From contig OZ287084.1 in assembly GCA_965645245.1 (NCBI GenBank), forward strand, positions 496,001 through 560,000: DNA of 64,000 nucleotides. Reading direction: 5' to 3'. Within the stretch, counting starts at the first letter, position 1. Each line of letters opens with the position of its first letter. The stretch is from Massalongia carnosa. Taxonomy: Eukaryota. The notes under the pieces were generated by a model that worked only from the letters and a program-made list of their open reading frames with translations, did not search any database and was not told where the DNA came from. Positions 38,027 to 52,000 of this stretch are shown here, piece by piece. The position numbers and the translations under genes are program-made.

Positions 38027-41000
38027 GCGGTGGGTCTTGTACATTACATAATTACATGCGTACGCATTCCCCCTAGAGGAATCCTAGAGAGGAATATTTG
38101 CCACATTTACACTGCCTGTCTGTCTCTTGTTTGATTTGGGGGCTGGCTGGATGGATGGATGGATGGGAATTTGGGATCCGAGATTCGACGAAGCGTGGGT
38201 ACTTTGGGCCACTATGAATCCGATTGATTGATTGGTTCATTCATTCACTAACATCCACCTCTCCCCCTTCCCTTTGCCCTTTTCCGATTCCCAAAGCGAT
38301 CTCCCAAACGACCAGATCAGAAATTCGCCCGAACCTATCAGAACTCCGTCGAGAAATAACTAACGGTACATAGTGACGACTACCTCCATTTCGTTTCTTC
38401 TCCTCTTCTCCCAACAACCCCGCCCCACTTGGTCTTGTGCTCCTCTACATTTGTAGTTCTCCCCCCGTCGTAGTCCTCCACTACGTCGCCTGCTCGGTAA
38501 ACCGGCAACTACCTCCTTATCTTTTGGTGGGGTGGGTGCGTTAGGTTCATCTGCGTTCAGGAGCTTTCGGAGCGGGAGTTTACTTGTTAAGGGGTATCTT
38601 TAGGTTCGGTATTTCTTTGTCGGCTTCAGTTTTTTGGGGGGGGGGTCCACTACAGCGATATTTCCAGTTGGGCTTTAAGACAGATTCATAAGACTAACAC
38701 TCAGAGGAGGCCAGAAGGTTGAAGGATAGAAAATAATAGATGTTCGAAGGGTGGAGCTGGGGATGTTTTGAAGGATAATATGGACGCGAGGCAGACTGCA
38801 TCCATTATCTATCAGATATATGCCCTCAACGCCCAAACCTAAGGTGTGCAGAAGCTGTGGCTCATTGATGGTCTTAAAGAGGAAGCCCTGGTTTTTGGAT
38901 GACTTGAAAATGACAGTTTAAGCATTCTGATGACTTTGGGGGGGGGGGGGGGGGGGGTTTAGGGAGATCTTAGAGGAAGTATCAGCTTTTTAATGGATGG
39001 AATGGGGAAGTATCGGACTTCTAGTGCTTTAAGAAGCAAGAGCTTCCTGAGGACATGGAAGGAAAAGCAATAATATCTTAATAGTTTTAGAAAGTATCGG
39101 TTTCCTGATGACATCAAAGAGAAAACGCTGACCTCTCGATAACTTGAGTTAGAGAGCATTGAGCTTTTGATAGTTTGGAGGCGGGCAAGTCAACTTTCTG
39201 CTTACTTAGAGAGTTCCAGCTTTGTGGTGGGTGATCTTAGAAGAAGCATCAACTTCCTGTGGACTTGCGGATAGAACTAATAGTTTCCTCATAGTTAGAG
39301 AGGAATCCTTAGCTTTGTGGTATTAACCCAGAAGTAGAAGCACCAGCTCTCTGATAACTTTGAAAGAGCAAGCACCAGCTTCTTGATGGCTTCGAGAGGG
39401 AGCCAGAAACTTCCCTTATGAATCTTTAACCATCTAGGAAACATCGACATGCAAATTTACTCGAAATAGCCGATATTTTGAACTCCGTAATGGGACTACT
39501 AGAGTTCACTGACTCCAACGATGTTTGTAGAGGCTTCTTTTCCATAACTTGGACATATGCTTGTCAACTTACCCACATTCCATGATCGGGCAGGCCTTGC
39601 CACAATCTCTCCAGTTTGGTTGGTTCTTCACTCCCTTCTTAGCGCCCTTCGAATAGAACGGGGACGTCAGTTGAGTATTTCCTCATAGCTAGTGTGAAAG
39701 GATTGCGCTACCAGTACCGTCTGGCAACCACGACTTTATGTTACTATGATATGATGCCAGAGTTCTCATAGATGCAGTGTAGCTTGCAGGCCGCCATCGA
39801 TAGCATCCATTCATACTATATCTAGGATAAAGTGATCTGAAGAAATATCCTGCGAAAACCGGGGTCTGTACATCATGTATAATGTTTAGATGGTTTTTGG
39901 AGCAATGTGAAGTGAAGATAAAGCTTGAGATAAGCTCGAGAAATATTTTGCCACACATCGTTGTCATGCCATAATATATTGATTGGAGACACGGACCTTA
40001 AAGTCGGCGAGGCTTGCCATTTGAAATGCTGTTCGAGTCTGAAATAAGTACAACTAGCTTGTGTGGACGTGATTAATCTCTTTTCCCCTCTCGTCCGAAG
40101 AAAGTTTTCTCAGTGAACTCCCAAAATGCAACTTCGATATTGCTAGCTCCAATATTATATCCATGATATTTTCAATATCGTGGAAAGCTATATCTTTAAA
40201 ACCTTGTTGGCTAAATCCACGGATTGAGCGAGAGGTATCCATGATTGCCTGGGTGTGCTGCTAAGCTAGAGAGCCTTAAAGCGCGTTATAGTATATGACA
40301 TGCTTAGATTCAATGCCTCGTCATCCCTTTTAACGGAAAGCTGAAATATAGTACAACGGGAATTGCTATAGCCAATCTTTAACTAGAACCATACACCAAA
40401 ACGTGGAGTTCAGATAGTGGTAACCAAAAGGTGGTTATGTTCACCACGTCGAAATAATTTTCGTCTTAAAAGCTTGAAGCAAGCTATCCATCATGCCATA
40501 GGTTTGTCGCTAGAAAGAGCGATGGGTATTTTAGGGCAAGAAGCAGTATGTAGAAACATTGAAGATTCTAAGATCAAGAATGCAATAATAAAAAAAGGTT
40601 GAGAGTTTAGGCATGATGTAACAATACCTCTCTAGCTGGAGTAGCGAGTTTTCGCCTTAGTTGGTAGTAGTAGGACCTGTACCTTTCTCCACTGGGGGGT
40701 TTTTTTGGGAACTACCGCCTCGAATGAAATAAAACATTTGGCTTGTTATCTATAATGATGGAGAAGAGACACCAAGGGCAAAGTAAAGAAAACCCTGTAG
40801 AAGCGTCCTAAGGATGTGAGAAGTGTCGATGGGTAGAAAATAAAGATTCAATGAAGTAGGGGACTGTAGAAAAGATGAACCGGAAGGATTGATTGTGGGT
40901 AGAGAGAATATACAAAGAAAGATTAAGTTGAAAACGGGACGGAACAGACATTCTGTTCAGCCTATTTGGCCCCGATAGGGCCGAACCCCCCTAAAATTTC

Positions 41001-42436
41001 TTATAGTAGACCATCTTCACCTTGCGAACATGAGGATGATCCATCTTTACCGGTACGTCCATACTTGAAGGCCCTTTCTAGCACTCATGCCAGTAAGATG
41101 AATGGAAGGGGACTTGTCGACAACTTGATTATATAAAAACGAGCAGAAATTCACCATATTATTCCGCAGGTATCCAGAGCCTCGGACCTGGTGAATTGAG
41201 CATCGTCTCTTTGATCATAGCTGCTGGACCATTCACAGAAAAGCCCTTGCCAAAAAGACTCGTTGATAGTGTAAAGAAGCATTTCTGAGTATGTGAAGAA
41301 GGGAATTTCAATTCATGTAAGTTTCGCTTAAGCCCTGCTCAGAGTTAGTCTTCTTGACGGTTGATGACCGGAATATTCTGGATCAAGAAACGTGACCAAT
41401 AATTGGGGTCGAGAATTAAGGGCTATATATAGCAAGAATAATGATGAGAATGAAAGGTGTTGTTAGACCATCTGTCCCCAAGAGGCAGATACCGCGAAGG
41501 CAGCTATCGACCAACCTTATTTCTAAGAAGTTTTTGCTAAGAGGACAAGGAGCATATCCACAGTTGTAAGGAATAACCAACTGGATAAAGAGACGATATT
41601 TAAGGAGGATAACAACATAGGTCTCGATTTGAAAAATAAAACGCTGACCACGGGATATGAAATCCCGCCAGGAAGTACATGATGCAATAGGATGAATAAG
41701 TCCACCAGATCCCCGCGCCAAAGAGAAGGTAGAATACTAGAGGGGACAATTATACATACCTCAGAGGAAAATATTGAGAGAGACCTGTCGGCATGCATAC
41801 AGCCTGCTCGAGCTTTGAGCCATAAGTTCAAAGCTTATACAGAGTAGGTTGTATGACAGTTGATTGATGCTGCGAAGCTTTTCTCCATCAATGTGGAGCA
41901 TGGAAAGAGCATGGAAAGCAACATCAACTAAACGATCAAAAATCGCTTACAAAGATTGAACGAGCTTGCCCTCTGTAGAGTATAGAGTAGGAGGTAATGG
42001 TTAGTTACGCTAGGTAAAGGTCTTACTGAACAGAACGCACCATGACGGCATCAATACAGAAGCGGGCTGGAAACCGCATGGAAGGAATGCTCCCGAGCCT
42101 TCAACTGTCGCAATCGCTTGGTTGAGTTCGCCCAACGAGTTACAGCCCTCGCAACTCCGCCAAGCTATGTCATGCACGGCATCTTATCTCGTCTCTTCCC
42201 GTGTTAATACCTCGAACAGATGGAGATGGTGGGCGGGCATTACGGACATCCTAAGCCCTCTAGGAACACGCTCGGGATCGGACAGCTGAATCAATGTACA
42301 AAACAAAACAAAAGATGGCGTCGATCAGCGTAATCGTGATGGCTATTGGGTTTTATATAATGGCATGACCTGAGGAAGTCTACTTCTCGAAAATTGCTTT
42401 TCCTTGTAAGCAGTATCTAAGAAAAGCAAAGCAGCA

Positions 42437-43800
42437 ATGCATCTCAACGCTCTTGCCCTCGCAGTCTCCTTGCTGGTAACCAGCGTCTTTGGCAAAACAA
42501 ATCTAACGGGGGACATCGTTGATGGCATCCCCGTCATCACCGGCCTCGATCTCGCTGACGTACCCGTGAATGCGATAACTCGATATTACTTCCTCGCCGG
42601 TGTCGCCCAGGGCACCATAAACTATCATGTCCCTGTTTTCGTTGCGCGCGGTACCAATGCTTCTTTGTACACGGGGCGAAGGTTGTCCGTCTCGTCGACG
42701 GTGCATGGCGACGAGTATAATGGCGTAAGGGTGGTGCAGAAGGTTTTTGCCACGCTGGAAAAGACTGTCAAGGCGGGGAAGTTCAATGGGACCGTAATCG
42801 GGATTCCGACTGTGAATATGAATGGCATCATGCACAACCAGAGAAACTGTACGCTCCCACAAACCACTTATTTCCAACCTTCAACCCCACAATCATACAT
42901 CTTCAAAACTAACCTCTCAGCCAGTCTTCTCCAGCTCTGAAAATGGGTTCTTTACCAACATGAACCGCGTCTTCCCTGGCAAAGATCCTAACGACCCAGC
43001 CGTACAAGCCAGCTTCCCACAAGGCTATGCTTACAGAATCTGGAAGTATCTTTGGGGGAACACCACCAATGTGGACGTAGCGGTCGATCTCCGTTTGTCT
43101 TCCACTTCCCTCCCCCCTTTTTAACCCTTCATTCCCGCACACAAAACAAACCACTCAACACCACTAACTCCACCCCAATCCTAAAACAGACGAACTTACC
43201 TTCGGCTCCGACGGTCCTATGTGGGCCTACTCTGACTATCGCCTCCCTTACAACGCCCGCCTCGCCACCCTTGCCCAACCTGACATCATCAAAATCGACC
43301 CAGGCGAGCCCGGCTCTATCGAAACCACCTGGGTCGAAAACAGCATCCCCTGCATCACACTCGAGCTCGGTCCGCCCGTATCTTGGGGCCATGATTTCAT
43401 CCAGCGCGGGGAGCAGTTCTTTTATCGGTTACTAGAGGATCTATACATGACCCCCAGCACTTCGGAGCCTTCTCCCCCACCCTCGTCATACGCCCCCACC
43501 CGAGCCAACCCCAGCACCTTTGGCGGCGGCTACGGCGCCCCGGACCTTAGTAAGACCTTCATCGCAACCAACCGCGTTGACGTGCCCACCACGCACGCTG
43601 GCTGGGCGCAAGCTCTCGTCAAGGTGCTAGACGATGTGAAGAAAGATCAGGAGGTGGTGACGGTGTACGATTCATGGGGGGATGTGGTGGAGCGCGTGCG
43701 GGCGCCGGCGGATAGTCGCGTGCTCCAGGTGAAGACCGATCCGGCGGTGGAGCAAGGGAGCGTCGTGATTGTGCTGGTGAACAACGCTACTGATACATAG
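42437..43800 (+). CDS. Secreted succinylglutamate desuccinylase/aspartoacylase-family (M14-like) zinc hydrolase
   Basis: Signal peptide; Zn motif HGDE; NMNRVFPG; AVDLH formed across the intron at about 43093-43188; TLELG; C-terminal VRAPADSRV barrel-like segment. Confidence 0.8.
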
Positions 43801-44252
43801 GCGAAGGTGAGAGGGGAAAGGGGAGGACGGGAGAGGAAATGGACGACTTCTTACTCGGGAGAGTCGTGGATAGATGTACCTAAAGTTAGATGTCATTGGA
43901 AAGAGAAAACGTTGTACATTCTGTCCCCTTATGCTTGGCTGTCCGTTTACTTAGTGGCCTCTTAAGCTTTCATGAATCCGCCCCATAACAAGCGGTCCTT
44001 AGCAAGGAAACCTGTTTTGAGGTTCAGATAGGAAGAAAGGAATAAAGGATGATATTGATTCAGGTTCATTAAATTTAGAAAAATATTTCAATCCGCCGTA
44101 CACTGCTATTCTTATCAACAAACTATCGCATTTTACATGGTGTTTTGCTTTTCAATCTCGTCAAATGGCAGAGTATTGGTTGTAGAGAAAATATATATCT
44201 CGGAAACTCCAGTTCTTCTCCCGCAGCATTTTCATTATCACAATTTATCAAC

Positions 44253-46039
44253 TTATAACTCATCATGCACATCGTCATCGCTGTCCTGCACCACCGCCTT
44301 GGCAGACTCCGTAGCCTCCTTGACAACGCTCTTGACCTTATCTGCCACTTTCTCCGTAGCAGAAGGTACCTGCTCGCTTACTTCCTCGGCCGCCTTCTTG
44401 GCGTCGCCGACCATAGACTCGGCGGTGGAGGATTCATTTTTGCCCTCATATACATCAACCTTGTATTTGCCGTTCTCCTTAACGAAGGCGGCGAGGTCTT
44501 CGATTGTGCGGGAGCCCGAGTAAAGAATGGGTTCGGACTTGGCGCCGGCAGGGAAGAGCTTAATGGTGGGGAAACCTTGGATTTCGTCGGGCACGTCATT
44601 AGCTGTGGCGTCGACTTTGGCAATGGTAACTTGCTTGTCGAAAGTTGGGTTGCTGGTGTACATGGCGGCAAGCTCCTCGTACTTAGGGGCGAGGCTGAAG
44701 TGATTGTCAGGTTTCGGAAATCAATGAATGAAGTAAGGATGGAATAAAATGGAAAGTAACCTACGCCTTGCAGTGACCGCACCATGGTGCGTAGAACTCT
44801 ACGAGGACATCCTTATTGTCATCTAGGACAATCTCGTCGTAATTGTGGGCTACGATAATTTGAACGGGGCCTTCTTGCTTCTCTGGGATAGGTTCGGATT
44901 TGATGCTCGGCTCAATCTTGCCGTCAACAAAGTCCTGGACAAACTTGCCAACATCTTCAGCGGTAAGCTTCTTGCTCTGGTCGAAGGGAAACTTCTGGTT
45001 CTTTACAGTTTCCTGAATGGCAAGGGCAGGAAATTTGTCGGCTTCGAGATTAAGGTTACCTGCGTGAGCGCCAAATGCTTTGGCGTCAATGGTGGCAAAG
45101 CTAACTTTGCCTTTGTATTTCTCCGCTAGCGGCTTGAGAGTTTCGGATAGCTCGGTGCGTTCCTCGGTTGTCTCAGCAAAAATATATGCAAGAGGAATGC
45201 CAGCCTAGGTTTTGATTGTTAGAAAGGGTTATATCTCGCTGGAGGGAAATATGCTTACAGCCATGTAGCTAGCGTATGTCTCGGGCCCAACTTCACCAAC
45301 GAGAGGAATCGCAGCAGTCTTGATGAACTGGCTTATAAGCTCTTCGTCAAATTTCTCCTCGTAGGTATCCCTGCCCTCATCAAAGGTCTTGTAGAGAACG
45401 ATTCCTGGTTGTTTGACACCTTCGACTTTGGCCAAAGCGACATCGTTAGTAGCTCCAAACAGATAGTCGTCCCTCAACTTCTCAGCTACCTCGCTAAAGG
45501 TAGTGTTGGACTTCGTGTCATCTGCTGCAAAGTATGCAACAACAACAACTTTGTCGGCAGTCTTGAATTCCGTAAGAGTTTCTGATGACAATATTGATAC
45601 TGCTGGAAGCGATTGTTTGGTCATATATGAAACAATTCTTCGACTGGTCAGCGCAAAGGCCCCTCTCATTTCAAGTTGCAAACACTTACGCTGGTGCTTT
45701 CCTCTGGCCCGAGTAAGCGCTGACATTATCTTTTCCACGGAAGACCTTGATTGTAGGATACCCCTCCACACCGTACTCTTTGCATAGGTCGGCCTCTTCG
45801 GTGCAGTCAACCTTTACCAAAGGGATATCTTTTTCTTTGAGCGTGGTAGCGGCTTCCTCATACTCAGGGGCAAGCGCTTTGCAATGCCCGCACCATGGTG
45901 CAAAGAACTCCGCCAACACGAGATCGTGGCTCTGGATGAAATCGGTGAATGTGTTCTTCTTCAAATCATGCACGTCTGAGGCCGCAGCGAGGGCGGCAGC
46001 TCCAACGACGCCAAGGGCGACGGTCTTAAGGTTCCGCAT
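44253..46039 (-). CDS. PDI1: Protein disulfide-isomerase
   Basis: Signal peptide [20 protein letters not shown], two APWCGHCK sites, C-terminal HDEL, three introns. Confidence 0.96.
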
Positions 46040-49037
46040 GTTCAATGGAATGTAAAGTAAAAGGAAGTGAATGGATATTAGCAAAATATATTAAAGACTT
46101 CCGTCAACTTGACCCAGCTTTGATGTAATGTAAAATACTGAGAGGAGGTTTAATGTCGAAGGGCAGCAAAAGGCATAGGTATCATTTAATAAATACAAAC
46201 GGTTTATACGATTTGTCAGGTAAGGCTCGAGGACAGTTTGCATCTTCGCTGCCAAGAACGTCTATTAAAGTCACGTGTATATTATTTACTTCCCGTACTC
46301 GTGTTTCATTTCCTTTAGAAAGGGCCCGGAGGTGGAAGACGGCATACATCAGCCCGTTGAAGTCCGTTATGAAAATGAGCCAGAAAACGATTCTATCGCC
46401 TTCCATGATTCTTCATACGAATGCCCATTCATCCTATACGGCTACACGGTGGGTTTTACTACCTTTCGTAACTTTTGCTGTATACTGGACCTTTATGGCT
46501 CTCTTCTGTTGGAATACTCGCTTAGCCCCATTAGTTCTAGCTCAGCCCTGCAGGCTGCCATGGCTGCTATAAGCAGTCACCTCCGTAGTAATTTTAACAT
46601 TATGCCGTCAACTGTTTATTTAACATCTTCTATGAATTGGTTGAAAGTCAGTTATCAATCCACCGACTCTCGTTAATAGTTTGTCAGGGGTCCAACGGGT
46701 GATGTTTCGGGTCATAAGTGTTCGAGCTAAAGGCTTGCATGACCGTCCATAAGTTTAGCATGGAGGCGAAATTTAACCATTGAGATGGCCACTCCTCGTT
46801 TTTATCTTGACACGGATGAATGAGCCACCGCCATGTTCCGATCGGCCGGGAAATCAACACCACGAACTGGTAAACATGCGAATACTAGACGGGAGAAAAA
46901 ATTCTGTTCAAGGATGAAAGCAAGCCAGTTTTACAATCCCTTATCAGCACTAGTTGGCCCTTTGAAAAAGCTCTTTGAAAAAGGAAAACCTGTGAAAAGA
47001 TTTCTCGAACTTGAAAGGAGAATCTTCCAAACAAGATCGACCTTGAATACATGTGAAGATATGGGTTTCCATTAATATATAGTGTCATTAGCTTTCCAGT
47101 AACGTTAACTTGAGTTTCCACTTCTTTAATGACGACATCAATTCCTATTTCCTAAAGACACATTAAATTATCAAGACCAAAAAGACGACAGCGTACTTAA
47201 AGCGCACATTCTTGCCTCTTGCTTATCATTTTCCTTGTAGCGAAGACTTTTATGTGAACAAGATTATGTAAAGCATCTCTTAGGTCTCAGGTTTCTGAGG
47301 CTCTTGCAGTGTATGGATACCTTATTAATTGACATATAAGACCCTACTTTTATATAAAACCCTGTTCAAAATGACTGTTTTCTGACCGAGAGGGTCTGCC
47401 CTATAAAACTATATTTGGGACAATTTGGAATGATTTGTAAGCTATAGGGCAATTTTATAAGTGAAACTAACAGAGTTCTCCCAAAAATTCTCTGAAAATC
47501 AATCTTCCTCTACGTCCATCTCGCTATCATCATGATCATTTGTTTCATCATCTGAAACAATCAATTGAGCACCCTGTTTATCTTCCAAAACAAACTCATT
47601 CCCATCCTCTATCTGCACCTCTATTATCGACCGTGTCGGGCTCTCCCACCTCTTGTATATCCTCCTGACCGGCCGAAAGCCTCCATTCTCCGACTTTTAC
47701 GTCTGGAATGTCTTTGATTGAGAGCTCGTTATCTTCCGAACCATCTATAGCTAAAGATAATCCAAGCTTTCGAAAGGTCTGACGAATCAGAGAGGCATTC
47801 TCGCGATGAATATCCCTCCATGCCTGACCCACCCAGTGTGTTAGCATAATCCGTCGTTCACCAACCGTGTATGAGCCTTTGTTCCACTTCTCGAAATTCT
47901 CGTCATAATGAATGTCGACCAGCTCGGAAATTCGATTTTTCAGAGGTTTGTTGATGGCTACGTCGAGAACCTGCACAAATCCGGTACAGCCGGATAGAAT
48001 AAACGATGCCGTAACATTCAAATCTCGAAAGACTTGTTTAACCTGTCAATTTGTTAGTAATCTGAAGTAGCATTGAATTCAATTACAAACCTCGTCGGTT
48101 TTTTGTCCCGCAAATACCTCTAAGGGTAAAAATCGTCGAGTATTAATGTTTGAAAATCCTGTAGTTGCGAATTTATACTGCTGTTTTAGCCATTGAATCA
48201 TGACTTTTGTATTGCAGTAAGCCTTTGCGTTCCATTGAACCACCACCCCTGAATCATACTGCTGCATTATTTTTTTGATGCGACTGTTCTTGGCGACATC
48301 TTGACCCTGAAATATAAGAAGAGGTTTGCAGCGATTCACACCATCAGCAGAAACATAAACCATTAATGTGGCTTGCCTTTTGTCCCATCCAGAGCGATGA
48401 GTCTTTATCCCTATGGTTTTAGTTCCCTTGAAGTCATAACACTGACCCTAAAGAAACTCGTAAGCAATAGGAGTTTGATCCATATTACCAATATCGCAAA
48501 GACGATATCTTCCTCCTCCATGCAAAGGAATTTGATTCGATAATGGCTGAGAATTGCGACGATTAAACTGCAACCAGAGCTTGATTACACGACGAAAACT
48601 CTCGGGGACCTGGCATCGAAAGCGGTTAGATCATCTTGACGACATCGTTATTATCAGCCCTACCTGCTGAGCTTTTTTGGCAGGAGTTCTGACAGTCCAT
48701 ATCGTCATCTGAACCCACTAAACCAACCATTGGAGAATTTAAACCCGACATATTCAGTCATCTTTCCAGTATTCTTGATTACTCAATGAGAATATAAGTC
48801 ACCATACAACTGACGACCTTGACGGACAAACCATTGTTTATTTATTTTACGACCTGCGTCTCGAGCTTTTGTAAACAACCCCAACAAACGTTCTTCCAAC
48901 TCAGGTTCCTGACAAAGACCGATAGCCTTCCTGTCTTTACGTTTGCCCCGAGATTGACCCTCGATGTCTAATTTGTTCTTGATCCATTGTCTCAGCATCG
49001 CGGTGGTGATTCCGAGATCTTTGGCGGCGGCGTATTT

Positions 49038-52000
49038 CGAGTAGATTCGGGACAGACCCCATCTGGCAGACCCCTCGTAAAGTTCTACTGCTTATTAGGA
49101 CTAGCTTAAGCCTCACCCTCACACTAAATTAACAGTCCATCTAGGTACTAATGCAACGTCCCCCCGCAAGCTTCATATACCCAGTCAATTGCAACATTAC
49201 TGTAGCCAATTCAAACATCACACGTAGCTAGCCTCGGATTATTTGATGAGGGGTAATCATCCCATATGCCCAACCATTATCATCTTTTCGATTATATTCT
49301 TTCTCTCAGTCATGGCCTCAGCCTTATTTTCCCTAGATCAGAAAATTGGAAATGCCAAGGCCCTTCTCCCTCCAGCCCATTGTCTCCCCACTCAAGAGGG
49401 AGAAGGTTTCGCTAGCTGGGAGGAGGGAAAGGCTCGCCTTCAGGACTATGCTTTTACCCAGGGGTTCGCGATAGTCATAGAATCTTTTCAGAAAACACGG
49501 GGAGTCATGTTATTAGAATGCACACGTCACCATCGAAAAGAGAGAAGAAACACCAGAAAACTGGTTGAGACAGACCGCCAACGAAAGAGTACGAAAGTTT
49601 CGTTCAATAACTGCAAATATAGAGTCCGCCTGAGAAAAAAAAAGATGAGATCTGGAGCTTAGCACTCACCAACCCCGTATACAATCATTCCATGGCCAAT
49701 GACCCTTTCAGTTTCAAAGAACATCATAATAGGGACCCCGACCGAGCAGAAACCCTAGACCATGCGAAAGGTCTTCGTGATTCATGTACTAAATATACCC
49801 AAGCCTCGAGAACTTTGCGTGTTCGGGGACTTCGTCTTTCGAAGAATGATTATTATAACCTAGTTCGATCTGAAGGGAGTCATACACCCGCAGAGGAAAT
49901 GGATTATACACTTGGATGCTTGAAAGAGGGAGGGTTTCACGTGCGCTGTTTGGAGAAATATATAGTTGAAAACAACATACGGCAGTGACGTGTTGTGGAG
50001 TTATTTTTCTTCTGCTGTTATATAACTTCCGAATCGGCGGAGTGCTTCACTTTTCTACTTGATTGTATGAAGGACTTGATCTTTCATGACGAATGCCCTG
50101 GTCCTAGAGTCATACTTGGAGACTTTGCAGCTGGGTTATCGGAGGCGATGCGGAGAAAAAGGCTTCAGACAGTAGATGCTGACGCTGCATTGGGCATGGC
50201 ATGGCAAGTCTCTCAATCGATGATCGCGGGCGGTTATGACTGCGCTTTGCAGCTTTGCACCTGGCATGCAGCCGAAGCCATTAAGAAACGACTCATCAAG
50301 ACGGGGACCTATCCAGTAGAGAATCGGAAAAAAATTGATGGCGTTGATCTGGGCGTGGATAAAGTCTCCTACTATCGAACAATTGAATGAAAGAAGGAGG
50401 ACGTTGTTGAACAAATTGCACGATTCAGAAAAGGTATGTTAATGTGTAGAAGTTGAGGTTTAACCCTGAGGTTAAACCTGATTGTTTTAGAGTTATATTG
50501 AGCTTGATTTATTGATCTAAGCTCTTGGTGATTGGAGAATGATTTACGTTTTAGATAGACACTTGGAATTGACGTGATGATTGCTTGCATTGAAAGGATT
50601 TTCCCCAATTCTCTCATGGAATGTTGGGATTCGGTTAATAGATTACCGTATCCGAGCCACATATCGCTTACTGCTTGACCACTAAATTGGCTGACAATTT
50701 AGGATTAATTTTCGAGAGGACTACGGCTAATAGATATGTTTTAATTTGCAGGATTATCTTATAAATTTTATAATCGCCAAGAAGCTCACTTTGTGCACGC
50801 GCATACCAATCAGCTCCCTAATTTAGGTGCGAATAGCACTCAGCGGGTTGAAGGCCTACATCCTATGATCAAAAGTGTGACCAATAGGCATACTCCCATG
50901 AGAAAATCCGTTCAGAAAATCTGTGATGAGGTTAAGGAGAAGCAGATTGAATATGAAACCATGATCAATCAGCAACGAATCAATAATCCTCGATTGATGG
51001 ATAGGTTTGCATTCAGACATCTCACGGGAAAAATAACTCATCAAGCTATTGACGTCGTCTCCAGAGAGTTGGATGGGGCCAAAAAGCTAGCTGAAGAGTT
51101 CAATCAGCGAGTCTATTCAGGATTGACCTCACCAATTGAACAAACAGGCGAGAGTTGTGTATATGATTGTCAACTGCCTTTGCGTTTTGGTCTCCCGTGC
51201 AAGTGTTGGTTGTATTCTTGCGTCGTTGACGTCATTCGCATCCCCTTCTCTCTCATTCATCCTCGCTGGTTTTTCGATGGTCCGCCTGCTGTTTTCTCGT
51301 GGCGAATGACTTTCGATTCTGCCTTAAGCTTTGAAGACATGCTTAGAAACGCTGCGGGAGAGGGAGGGGCGGAGCCGGAAGAGGATAAAGAAGAGGATAA
51401 GGAGGAGGTATGGGGGGAGGGTGAGGATGAGATGGAAGAGGAGGATGAGGAGGAGATGGAAGAGGAGGATGAGCAGGAGGTGAGAAGAAGGAAAGGCGAA
51501 GGGGGAGAAGTGAAGAAGGACGGTGATAGATATCGCCGCGGTGGGGTTGATATGATGCAATCTGCAGCATTTGAGTCAATGGATTTGCACAAATCAATGG
51601 AAAAGTCACATCGAGATGAGGAGTATGCTCGAGCATACGTAGCAAACAGCGCCAAATTCAATCAACAATGGCTGGAAAGGGAGTCGGCTAGATCTCTTAT
51701 CCCAACAACTTTCCATGATGAAATCCGACCGAAGGAAAACCTCAGGTGGAAAAAGGGAGGAAGTCGTCGGCGTGCTTACACTGGCCGCGAGGCAGCTGAG
51801 GCAGATGAGGCCAATCAGCGACGTGCTAGACGTAGGGACTCGATTGAACAAGGGAGAAGGCGACGGCATGATAAACTGCGTGAAAGCGATGAAAACGAGA
51901 GTGTGATTAGCGATGGTAAAAACTCACGATATAAGCAAATCGACGCAGCGCGGCTAACATATGATGTAGTAGATTTGACTGAAGATGCGGTCATCGTCTC

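Noticed and set aside
40950..41950. Possible gene relic on the minus strand
   Set aside because: Many stops in all frames; I could not assign a family.
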